Shown here one piece after another: positions 1 to 11,550 of a stretch of 64,000 bases of DNA (positions are counted from its first letter, which is position 1; each line of letters opens with the position of its first letter). The notes below the pieces were generated by a model. It saw nothing but the letters and a program-made list of their open reading frames with translations. It had not been told where the DNA came from and searched no databases. The DNA lies in assembly GCA_000708835.1 (NCBI GenBank), contig DF236983.1, forward strand, positions 124,001-188,000, given 5' to 3'. Source of the DNA: Klebsormidium nitens (taxonomy: Eukaryota > Plantae > Klebsormidiophyceae). Both the position numbers and the translations under genes were made by a program.

Positions 1-578
1 TCTTCAAACGTCTGATGTATGAAAGGTTATGCACAGCGAAGTTGCCAAGATGAATATACGACATGTTGAGTCACTCCGCTTCACAGCTCTTTAGCTCTTT
101 ATAGATAGTTTGCAAACCGACCGGCCTTCAAAGATACCTCAAAAGATCCTTAAAAACAACCAGCGCACAAGCTGGCCGCACCCCCAGCACGTAAACTGGA
201 AAGGGGCAAACCCCAGCCGCCGGGCGGCCGCTGCAAAACCACAATGAGGCCCGTCGACTGCGGGCCGCGTGCAGCCTCCGACCGTCGGTCCTCATGTATG
301 ATCTGGCGGCCGCGCAGGCTAAGCGCCCGTCAAAAAGTCCCGCGGCCGGGCCGCGCCCGCGGTTCGGATCAGTAGATCCAGAACCCCGAGCCTCAGCTTC
401 TGGTGGTCGAAGCGGCGGCCGCACCTCGCGCTCAGATGAACAAAGGCAAGAGCAGAAACTTGCTCCTAATCAATTTGCAAGATCGCTTAAGACGAGAGCA
501 TACTTACTATAGTCTTGTAGTAGCCTGTCCCGCCAAATTCTCCATCGTACCAGCTATTATCTTCCCAGGGAGGGTTGG

Positions 579-1886
579 ATGGCGAGGTGTCATGAAGCAA
601 GCGCTTTTGAGGCGCTGTATCCTGAGCTTATAGACCACATTCTTGAGAAAGTTGTAGCCGAAGGTGGATCCGGATGGGAGAATCTCGCACCGGTAAACAA
701 AGCCTTCTTGGACTCTTTTCGCCGCTGCAGCACAATTCTGGTGATCAGGAGAACGGAGAGACACGCAATAAAACCAGAGTTGTTGAGATCGGACCTGCGC
801 CTAGACGCCTTGTCTGAAAGGCAGAAGAAGGCTAGATCCAAAGCTCGTGTTAAAGAAATTGGACTGCGGCCGGCCCTTTCAAAACTAGTCATATTTGAAA
901 GACCAGCTTCAAAGGAGCTTACGTCAGCCTTGTCCCAAATCCACTGGAGCAGCGTGACGACGCATCGTTGTGACGTGTGGCATCTTTTCAAGTATCTCTC
1001 TGGGTCCAAGTTCTCCCTGAAGAAGCTGGATCTGAACGTTATAACTGCAGGGGCATACCTTCCCCGCCGTGATGTTCACGACGACATCCAGCGCATTGTG
1101 CACGCTTTCCCAGCCTTAGAGAGCCTCAACCTCCACGTCACCGACGAGTGTAGCTACTCAGTCGAAGGGCCCTGGAGACCTGGCACTACTCTCAATAAAC
1201 TTACGGACTTGGCAATCTCAGGCGTTACTTTCTCACCTTGGTGGGATGCTCTCAGGGCTCTGCCGGCGGGTCTTACTGGCCTATCCAAGCTTGCTTTCCA
1301 ATGTGACGACAAGTCTAGTTCCATCCTTCCTCCAGAAGTGGACATTTGTTGCTTTGGCTTCACGTGCCTCCAGACACTCTCGCTAGAGGTTCGAACCCTG
1401 CATTCGACTGCTGCGGTGCTTGAGAGCGTGACAGAGCATTGTCCGTATTTGCGCGACCTCCAGGTCTGTGCCATTCCCCAAGGTTTCGAGCGCGTCACAG
1501 CACCGGCATTCGAGAAGAAGCTTCATCTATCAGCACTCGTCAAGAGCTGTCCAACGCTAGAGCGGCTCGTAATCAGCTGGGGTTAAGTTTTAGCGCCTAG
1601 AGACTTCTTAAGCCTTCTCCTCACCCGTAGGTTTGAAACAGATGCTCCTTATATGGTGTACCGGGTTGTTCTCTTGTCGATTATAGCTCTTCTCAGAGAA
1701 AGCTCTATGGAAGCAGAGCTCCTGGAGCTGTCTACCTCGTTGAAGATTGTATCGCTTTTCCGCTTCGTCGTACCAGCTGGCTCGCCCTGGTCTTGCCTGC
1801 GCCTAGACGATCCGCAGTTCAAGAAGTGGTTGCTGGGAGAGCAATGGGACAAACAACTCTGGTGCCAGACATTTTGCAGGGGGTAA
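579..1886 (+). CDS. F-box-like / leucine-rich-repeat protein (ORF 579..1586, probably extended by a short intron 1582..1641 into 1642..1886)
   Basis: F-box-like N-terminus (FEALYPELIDHILEKV) followed by LRR-type repeats (LKKLDL, FPALESLNL, LTGLSKLAF, CLQTLSL, CPYLRDLQV, CPTLERLVI). GT at 1582 and CAG at 1639-1641 join in phase with ORF 1653..1886. The second exon is less certain than the first. Confidence 0.65.
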
Positions 1887-2858
1887 CGTCTGAATGGGCG
1901 ACTTCGATGTTTTTTCTGTATATATGCCAGCTTCAGGCCTTTCCGAAGCAGGCCGTCTGTTCACAACCTTTGCTCAACGAATCAGGATGTTAAAGACTGG
2001 GTTTGTCTGGTGGCGGTTTATGCGACGCCGAAGCTTTGACACCTTTTATTGCTAACTTGAAAGCCTTATTACCTACCACCACACCCCGGACGCAAACCGT
2101 CTATGAACGCCAGGTGCCTGGCCGTCTTTGCAAGTGCAAGTTATGTCGTTGTATTGTTTCCACATGTCTCCAAGAAATCTTTAAAGTTTTAAGATCCGGT
2201 TCCACATGCACGTCGTCTACATGTGGCCGAACAAATTTCTCAATCAACCCATTCCGAGGCTGCAATGCAAAGGAAGATTGCGCGTTCGGGTTCGATGCAT
2301 TCATGCATCCAGCACTCTGCAGTCGCATACGCTCTCGTCCACAAAGCGACCTGCTAATTGTCGAGCAACCTGCCTTGCTCAGGCAGACATTCAGACCTTG
2401 AATAAACCGTTGATATATGCATATTGGGAGCATGAGAGTTGCGACAACTCAATCCAGTTCCGCGTGGCACATATGTAACAGTAGGCGGCCAATGTTAGTC
2501 CATGCTGATTTCACCCTGGTCATTACGTGACAAGGTAGAGAGGTGAGCCGAAGGATGTCAAAGGCACCTCGACCTCGACCTCTGAACTTGGTGGGTACTG
2601 CGAAAAGATGATCGGGATGAACACCCGACAAACGAACTGCGAATCGCTAAATGGTATCCCATTTTTATTGCAATATACGTTTATACATACGCGAGCCACT
2701 TCTGACAGTAAAGGAATGGACTCTTGTGCAGACAACTAAGTTGTATAAGTCAACGACGACACAGCCGGCGTTCAGATTTCCGCTCCTCAGAGGCAAGTCT
2801 TCTCAGTGGTTATTGGAAGTTTTCAATCTTGGCATTCCCTCCTTCCGCAACTGCTGTC

Positions 2859-2959
2859 CTACTTGGCATGCGGGTGGCGCAGCTTTGCGAGCTCCCAGTA
2901 GAGGCGTCGTTCCTCGCAGTTGACACTGCGACCCTGAACCCATGCCTTCTTCTGGCAGC
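2859..2959 (-). other. Diverged duplicate of the terminal exon of the MYND gene (alternative last exon or relic)
   Basis: Clear nucleotide similarity to 3962..4101. It keeps a TGCAG acceptor in the same phase and encodes CQKKAWVQGRSVNCEERRLYWELAKLRHPHAK*, versus CQKKAWAQGHSLNCEERRLYWERAKLRRPHT... Confidence 0.85.
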
Positions 2960-3504
2960 CTGCATAAATATCAAAGATCCTAAAAGCGGTCTGCCGATGC
3001 CCATGTTACGCTGCGAGAGTGGGCTGACTGCTAAAGCTGGCCGTTCGATGACACGATCGCACGTTCAAGATCTGAATTGTCAAAACTTCGAGGCACATGA
3101 GACGCGACGGCAATGGTGGCCCAGGCCGGAATACTTAGATTGAAATAGCGATGCATACTTATTATGCCTATGAGACTCTTGAGAGTTCGCGTGCTTCGAG
3201 ACGTGATGAGTGAGGTTCAGTAATACAACGAGCCGATGTATAGAATTGCGCCTTTTGGCGGATGACGGATTCCAAAATGTGCCGAGATAAATGCCGTCTG
3301 TTACGACGTTGCGGAGCGTACATGGCAGGTGCATTGAAACGCCTAGAGTTGACAAACCAAAACCACGTCTCTCAGTCGAAACATGAAACAGAATGGTTGA
3401 GACGACAAACAAACGGATATCCGGTCTTTTTTCGAACATGTACAAGTCACATATGTCTGCAATGTGCACCCGGCTGTCAAGAGTGTAGACGTGTTTGCAA
3501 AGGA

Positions 3505-3534
3505 TGTCCTGTCCTGTCCTGTCCTGTCCTGTCC
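3505..3534. repeat. (TGTCC)6 pentanucleotide microsatellite
   Basis: Six perfect copies, read directly from the sequence. Confidence 0.95.
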
Positions 3535-3961
3535 ATCGGCCAGTCTTGCATACGCATAAACCTGCCATCGACCAATGGAGCGCTGGGATTCCCATTCCTA
3601 ACTACGTTGCTGACGTGGTCCACTCATGTCGGGTGCAACTGAAGACCGGCGCGTTGAAGCAGGTAACAGAACAGAAAGCTTCTACCAGAGGCCTCAACTA
3701 CGAGTCGACCTCGACCTCGCGGTCTTTTCACTGGTCAGAGTCCACACGTAACATGGCGATTCCAACCGCGAGCTTATGATGGCACGATTATGACGATCCA
3801 AACGTCGCATTAGCCCGTCTTGACTGTATTTAGAGAAAAGATCGTGGTGACCCTCCTCACAATCTTGATTCGCAGGCTGTTCAATAACCATAATTTGTTT
3901 TACGGATTGATCAGTTAATCTTACGGCTTGCTACATTCTTTCCCAAACCTAGGGAGGAGCT

Positions 3962-6384
3962 TTATTTCCGGCATGGACTTTCCTTCGCAGCCACCGCTTT
4001 CTTTGTGGTGTGCGGGCGGCGCAGCTTTGCGCGCTCCCAGTACAGCCGCCGCTCTTCGCAGTTGAGACTGTGGCCCTGTGCCCACGCCTTCTTTTGGCAG
4101 ACTGCAGTAAAATCTCGAAAAGCTTCGTTTGAAGGTCTTTTTATATTCTACTAACCTTCAAGACGAGTCGTTAGAAAACGACTTGGCGTTTACCTATGGA
4201 CAAGCACTGAAGGAGACACAAGAAATTCAATTGCCTTCGGATCCATCTCAAATAAGGCCACGGTTGTAATCTAGCTCTGCAATTGGCTTGTATGATCGAT
4301 CTTACCACAGTCCCTCGTGACCACGAAAACAAATCAACACCGAAACAAATCAACAGCAAGTACTCTCCCGTTCAACTTTCCGGGGCTCCTTTCAGACCAA
4401 TATTCAAAAGCTTTCAGTGCAGAAGACGATCTGGACTCTGCCCCCCTGACCCTCACCTCTCGAGCAGTACCGGGCCTTCCTGCAGTTGGCGCACTTCTTC
4501 AGACTGTCGTACGGCTCACGGCACTGCATGGATCCAACAGTTTGAAGATGAAGTTAGGGGTCAAGTTCGAGGACCCTCCACCCTTCAATCATGTCCAAAC
4601 ATCCAAATCTTTTTCAACTGACCAGCTTCCTTCGAAGCGAGTGGAATTGGTGGGGTCACCTAGCCAGATAACATTACATCTCGAAACCTAATATCCTCGT
4701 ACCTGTTCCAAGCAACAACCGCAAGGAACAAGCATTTCGTCAAACACAGGGCTAACGAATACCGAGTCAAGGGCGTAAATGCAGATGCGTCTTCAGACCC
4801 CTTCAGTCCTTGTAGCCAGGACCTTCGTAAATAGGTCACCCTTTCACCTGCCAGCAGAGACCTTCGAGGAAGGCGCTCTCAGTAGAAACCTTGATTGGCT
4901 TCTCCTTCTTGGGTCGGGAGAGAGTCTTCTCGAGAAAGGCGAGGTCTTCTGTGGTGCGCGCGTACGGATAGAACACCTTCATCTTGCCTCCGTCCAGAGT
5001 CTGCACCGCCACGCGGCCGCCGTCCACCAAATAGGGCTCGAGCTCGACCAGTCCCTTGGCGTTGCGCAAGCTTCTCACCTGCGCATACGTACTTGCTGAG
5101 AGAAGTATAATGAACAAGGTGCTTTAAGAACAGATTGTCCACAATTACCAGAGATGGAAAGCACGATTTTGTTGGCCATGTGTCGAAGAAATGGAGATCA
5201 AGGTAAATGTGCAGACGTGCATCAAAGAAACAACTTAGAGCAGTTTGAGATTATTTAAAGCAAAACCTCCAACGACCTTTTGACTGATTCCGGAAGTATG
5301 CATCACCAATGACCATCTGTATGCCTACATCGAGTTACATAAAAGGTCGAGGAATGTTTCTCACCCGAAATGGACTGTGTGTCACTTTGTGCTTCGTGTG
5401 GAGGCTGTCCCCTTGAGCATCTGGGGCGAACTGATGGCGTGACATCTTGACCATGCTCTGGCAGTCTTCTCCGCAGGCAGTGTGAAAGATTCCATCCTCG
5501 AAAGGGACCACAACCAGAGATGTCGCGTCACATCTGAGCACCTCAGCCAATCTTTCAACAACCCGGGGGAGGAGCAGCCGAGGCAACGCGCGCTGATCGG
5601 AGAAGATGACTGACAAGGATCCACGATTTTCAGGAGATGTCACACCGGCCACGTCATGCAGAAGGCTTATCTTTCTGCTCGTGCTGCATCCTGTAGCTTT
5701 TTCAAACTCTGAAGATCTGCTGAATGATTTGCAGATGAGTTTGGCTGGTGTGATTCGGTCCAGATTTTTCACTGCCAAGTCGAAAGCCCCATCCTCTGTA
5801 AGTTTCCACTTTCCCAAGCACGCGGAAGGTATCCAAACATCAAGAAGCTCTTCGCCTCTTTCCATCCCAAGCACCAGCCCCACATAGATCTCCCCTGAGC
5901 CACCGCTGAAAGGGCGGAAAAGAAGCGTGTCTGTGAACTCCCCAGAGATTGGATCCCGGTTTCCTTCGTTGTAGCTTAAGATGAAGTTGTGCGTTTGGAC
6001 CGTTGGGTAAAGATTCTTGGGGAGTCCATTGTTCTGAAAGATGGATTGCTTTCCTCTTGAAAGCTCGTTGGTTTCCTCAAGGTGCGCTAAGATTGATTTT
6101 GAGCAGGTTGTGGCATCCATAAACTTCTTCTTTTCGTAGAGATTCTTGATGTTAACGATAAATTCATCTTTCCCTGGCGGTAGGCCTTCAAGCGTGTATC
6201 TCACCCGGTTCCTCCCTGCGTCATACTCCACATCTTTAGCACGAACTGACAACAAGGCCTTCTCAAGGATTGTCTGGAATTCTTCCCAGCTAACCAGGAT
6301 CTTGTTGGCGGGGATCTGCTGATTGGCATTTGTCCCGTCATTCCTGCGCGCAAGCTTCCCCTGTGCTATGGCTGGTATTGACAT
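3962..6384 (-). CDS. MYND zinc-finger protein with N-terminal DUF1444/YtpQ-like domain; exons 6384-5365, 5078-4848, 4523-4457, 4101-3962
   Basis: All GT-AG junctions are phase-consistent. Splicing assembles CWQCREPYDSLKKCANCRKARYCSRVCQKKAWAQGHSLNC, a complete MYND pattern. The DUF1444 resemblance of exon 1 is pattern recognition only. Confidence 0.85.
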
Positions 6385-8165
6385 TTTTGAAAGACTGTCC
6401 TAGTATTCAATCTCAATGAGGATTCTTGGCCTCTTTGTCGTCAGCAAAAGCTCAAAGGCTGCCTTCTGCGGTGCGCCAGCATAACAGGGAGATGACAGTT
6501 CGAAAACACAGCAAACTGACCCCTACTCATGCGCTCTTCCTCTGGCGCCTGCGCTGCATGAAGGCCGGATAACAAGGCAGGTTTGGCCTCGATCGGGTTT
6601 TGTATGAGGTTCTTCAAAAGTTGAATTGAAGTAAAAAAGGTAGAGTCAATGCGGATGGCTGGTGGTCAACTGCACTAGATGAGTGCAACTGCTCCAACGT
6701 CAAAGATTGATCAGCATGCGGTCTGTGCAAACTCAGCAGCTGGCGTGGCACGAGCCGCCAGCATGCTCGTGCGCAGGGCCACAAATCGCAGATCGAACCA
6801 GACGTGACAGCGCCAGTCTGCAGTGCTTCATCCCACAAGCTGCATATGTCGACAAAACATCGAACTTCCGGCCATTTCCAACAAGCCAAACGCTTGTGTT
6901 GTACTTAAATCGCAGAGGCTCCCTGTCGCAACGGTTGTTGAGGAACGACCTGCCATCACATGCTTTGCGATTGTCACGGTTCACGCACGGGACTCGCGCA
7001 GGGGCTCCTGCCACTGCGCAACTCTCAACCGTGTCCCCAAGATTAGTACTGCAAAGCCTCCTTATTGTAAAACTTTGAGTCATTGGTGAAGCGAGCAGAA
7101 TTTACGAGTCCATGAGCCGGCCAACCGAGCGGTGGTACTGAGTACATCTTACTAGATGCAGTCAAGCATTCATTTCATGGCCGGATGCGTCGAGCTGCAG
7201 TCAACTCGGCATCACTTTAGAATACGACGAGAGGCAGCCTGCATGCTGCAATTGCAGCAGACTTAAGCCATGCCGCCTGCACTCAGTTTGAGACGTGGTT
7301 GAGATGAACTTGATTTGTATATGCGCATGCATCCCACCACCACAACCTGCTGCTTCTCATTCATTAGTGCAGCGCACGGGTCATGCCGACCCTGAACGCT
7401 GCGCGATCTGCAACGTCCGGCCACAACTCTCTAGAGGCAGTCACTCTTCGTAGAGCGCCTTGGACGGCGGTTCTTGCTACGTATTGATTTGTTTCCGGCC
7501 GCTTTCTGAGTCCTGTTGCGTACCGATGCGCAGAAGGCACTTGCCATGGAAAGCTGCGCAAGGATACAAGTGGAATATGCTGGTGCGCAGACGGGTTTCT
7601 CAAGCGTATGCATAGCTTGCACAACAATTAGACAGTGTCACGGAGAGGGAGTTCCATGTACTTGCATGGTTGGAAGGCCGTTCTTGAAACCGCAAAATTC
7701 GGCTCGGTTGATTACAACCATCAATAATTTCAACGGAACCTTAGTCGGGTTCATTGAACGGCGTCCTCAGGCCGCTGCAGTGCGTGCGCGCGGTAATTTA
7801 TCCAACTGTCCAGCTATGAGTACCTATTCAACACCGTGACTGCCTGCACCCTGTCCCCAGTTTACAATGTTTTCAGGTCACCCAAGGTTCCTTATCCAGT
7901 ATACAACCTTTGGTCCGTTTGCGAGCTGGGCGGCTTGCACATGCTTGCAAATCGTCATGTGCTTCTTCGTCTACGCGTTCGATTATCACGCCCATAAGGA
8001 CCTTCTAGCCAACGCATGCGCGACTGCGATGTATTGCCTGGTCAGAATGCTCTTGACATGTCGTGGACATGGTAAGGAGCCGTGTCCAAATGCGAAGCCT
8101 TATCCAACCCGACCCTAGTCTATTAAGCAGAAATTGACCCCACACGTCTCCGTTTGCAGAAGCTC

Positions 8166-11100
8166 TTACGTCGCAGCGTCGAAGTAATGCAACACGACGT
8201 AACTGATGAACAGCGCGAGCCACCCCCCCAACACAACGCGAACGGCCGCCCGCCCCCAGGGCGCACCCCCGAGCTGGGCCGACAAGATCCCAAACGCACC
8301 CAGCGCCCCCGTACAAGTGGCAGTCAGGACCGCCAGCCGGGTGACGTAATCGCGGATGAAAGCGGCGGACAGGATCGCTATGAGCGCGCCGACGGAGAAG
8401 GAAAGCGCCGAACTGATGGCGGCCAGCCAGGGGCTGGTTAGGTCGTCCATGTCAATACCGATTTCGACCCTGGCGTACGACTTGACCGGGTCTTGCTTGT
8501 ATAGATGTTCCGCGACCTGGGAAAGGAGGAGGAGGCGACACTGAGGATCTTTCTGGAGGCACGACCAGCAATTGAGAAGGCTCGTGAGGGTTAATCTAGA
8601 TAGGCTGAGGTAACAGGGCGCGTTTCGCAGAACTTAACGAGTCATGGTGTACAGGTGCTCTGCGACGTGGACGCGGGGAGAGACCGAGAGAGCCAGGCAG
8701 GTTGGAAGCGAGAGTGGGGTTTTAGATAGCAAGTGAGACGCTCGAACTCGTTCTTCTTTGATGAATCTGATTGGTGGGAATATGGAAGCAGCACTGGGCG
8801 GAACGCAGAAACAACGGTGGTGTAAGGAGAAACGCCGAGCACGACAACGATGAACAAGGCCGGAGTCCGGCTGCAGCTCTCAACAGGAGCCGTCCGGTTC
8901 GCCTAAACCTCTGTCGAGGCCTGCTCGTTGCCACAATCTCCTTACGCAGATTGGAGCGTTTCAAGAGCAGGCCTGCTTCTTGGAAAGCGTTCGGGTGAAA
9001 ATTGCTCCTCCAAAAAGCGGCCCTGTCGAGTGCGAAATCTTCGCTTCAGAGACTTCGTCTCCACCACCTGAAAACCTGTAAGCCCTGAACTCTGCACCTC
9101 CTCACCTGGATACAAGACTCTGACGCGAGCCTCGCTTCTCCACAAATTGACGTGAGCATCTTCATAGCCCGCAAACAACGTTGCCAGACGTTACAAAAGC
9201 AACCTCCCCATGTTTACCTCAACTTCTCTCTACTCCGAACTCGCAAGCAACAATCCGCAACTGACCAAAACGTCGGATTGTGTGCTCACCTGAAGAGCAA
9301 GGACGCGCACAGCAAAAGCATGAGTAGTCTGATTGCTCGATTCGGCAGCCACGAAAAAGCATAAGCCCGCTCTCCAGTTTCGTACAGCTTATCAGGCCTA
9401 AACACTCCGAGTTCCAGATCCTAAATAAAATATGGTCGAACACAGAGGTGAACACCCAGATCATCAGCTCACCTGCTTTGCGAGGTTCGGGGGCAGGCCC
9501 TGTTCCTCGAAATTTTCCATCAGTTCCCGCAGCTGCGCGGCCTCCGCCGCAGGCCCTTGCGCGCGCCCGTCTGCCGTTCGCTGAATGTCGGCTTCTTCTG
9601 CATCTCGCTGGGAGGAAACAGAGACGTACTCCCCCGCCGCCATGCCTGCGCGCATCGTAGATAACCTGGTCAACAGTTGCTCAACACAATGAAACCGTCG
9701 AAGTCAAGAATCGCGAACCACTTCGGACCTAGGCTCCGTTGACCTTTCCCTAATTTGTCCTTCCAGGAGCTTGAGGCAGGTTTGTGGAGGTAAGCTTCCA
9801 CGAAAAAAGGCCACCATGTTTATCACCATCTTTGGTTTTCTATTGCCATGGCCCCTGCAAGCAAAGGGGTTAATCACAAAGTCGATAAAATGGTTGAACC
9901 ATTCGAGCAATCAGCGTCAAGTCAGTTCGTTACCAGCCGACATTGAAAACGAACTCCAAAATCCTCAACCCAACCCTTTGAAAGCTTACAAGTACTTGAA
10001 TTGCTCACGTTTCTTCAAGCCTCACGTCTCCTGAATGCTAAGGCTACATGTACAAAGAGGCAGAATTTGGAATATGACTGGCTTAGGTCTGGGAAGACCT
10101 TCGAGTCATCCGCAAAGACCTTGATTCTGTCCTCCATCTCAGAATAGAGTAGGAAAAGGAGAGGAATAACCAAACCCACATCAAATGAGGACGGCGTAGG
10201 GGCGACCAGTCCCCAGATGTCATATTGGTAACATGAAGCATGGGTTTCTGGTGGATTGTTGCCAAAAATTGGTAATGTCGTATTTGCCCCAACAGATTGG
10301 CCCTGCTTCGAGGTGACATTGAGGACATTGCGCAGAGGCCCTCTTTGAAAAAGGACAAAAGAAAAACCCTTTTAGCAATAAAGCTGGACACATATTTCAC
10401 ACTAGGTATTATCCCCAGCATTCTTTCACTGCTGCTCCCCCCAACTTCGAACTAGGAGATAAGCAGCAATTCATAACTCACTGAGTGCTCCTGAGACTAG
10501 TCCCGCAACTCCGCTGATGATCATCTTCCTTGGGTCTGCATCAGTAGCACTCACACCCATCTGCAAATAAAATGAAACTGGTCTTAGTGGACATCAGAAA
10601 GACGTGACGCACTTGAATAGGCGCCAGAAATGGAAGGGTCTGAAGAGCACTCAACCTCTTCAGGCTAATTCACACCCATGGGCAATCAGGCGGTCAGCCT
10701 GAAGTATGTTGGCACTTTGTGTCGATAGCCATATAGATACCGAGTCTGATGCAAGGTTCATAAAAGGTTCCTCTCCTTTAAATGCTAGATCACATGACTG
10801 TGCTGCTGTCACCTTTTTGCAGAATGAGAATGAGGCGCCGTTATGCAGAGGCCACAGATAAAAGCTCCCAACATCTTCCCGAATTGGAGCATCTGATGCA
10901 TTGAAGTGAGTACTTGCCAGTGGCGTCAGAAAGAAGAGTGACACAAGACTCAGCGAAATCTATTAAACCCTATTATCAATCTCTGAGATCCAAGTAAAAA
11001 TGCTCGAAACCATGGTAGCTGAATGTGGGTATTGGAACTTTCTGCTGACCATTTCTCTCACTCATTACATTATTGAAATGTTCAAGTGCCTTGATGTGGC

Positions 11101-11550
11101 CAGATTCCAACTCTGTTGACTGAAATAATGGCCCAGTTTCCAGCTGAGCGATGTGCATGCATGCAGACGTGACCACCACATGCTCATTAGATCCCTTTCA
11201 AACATTCACCGCTTGTTTTTGTACAACACGGCCCTCAGCATTTGACCTTCTCACAGCATAGTCCACGTTGTAAATGAATGGCCTTTTGTCAAACCTACCA
11301 TGATGCCTGCCGTGCTGATAAGGCCGTCATTCGCCCCCAGGACCGCTGCCCTCAACCACTGACTCCTCTGCGAGTAATGCTCCTGATCGACCAAAGGTTG
11401 CTCCAGCTGAGACTCTTCGTCATGAGAGGGGAGGCTGCCTCCAGGGGGTTGGCTCTGCTTGCGCTTCAGAGCTGGCAGGGACCCCTGCTTGCTCAAACTC
11501 CTTTGCTTGCTCAAGGAGCGGTCCAGACGCCGGCCTGTCGGCTGCGACAT
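8166..11550 (-). CDS. VIT1/CCC1-family vacuolar Fe/Mn transporter (VTL-like), about 284 aa; exons 11550-11299, 10560-10482, 9645-9473, 8516-8166
   Basis: Signature motifs WLRAAVLGANDGLISTAGIMMGV, GALSMAAGEYVSVSSQRD and PWLAAISSALSFSVGA. All junctions are canonical and phase-consistent. Confidence 0.93.

Noticed and set aside
128-424. GC-rich patch with a minus-strand ORF as the first exon of a gene leaving the window
   Set aside because: No clear ATG or donor pairing and no motif. It cannot be resolved at the window edge.
2003-2478. Overlapping 90-130 codon ORFs on both strands downstream of the first F-box gene
   Set aside because: No recognisable motif, no consistent splice model, and lengths compatible with chance.
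7244-7259. 16-bp palindrome TGCTGCAATTGCAGCA
   Set aside because: Isolated in TGCA-rich intergenic DNA with no associated feature.
8942-10421. Same-strand ORFs inside VIT introns (8942..9178, 10083..10421) as nested genes or extra exons
   Set aside because: The VIT protein is complete and phase-consistent without them, and they show no family resemblance.
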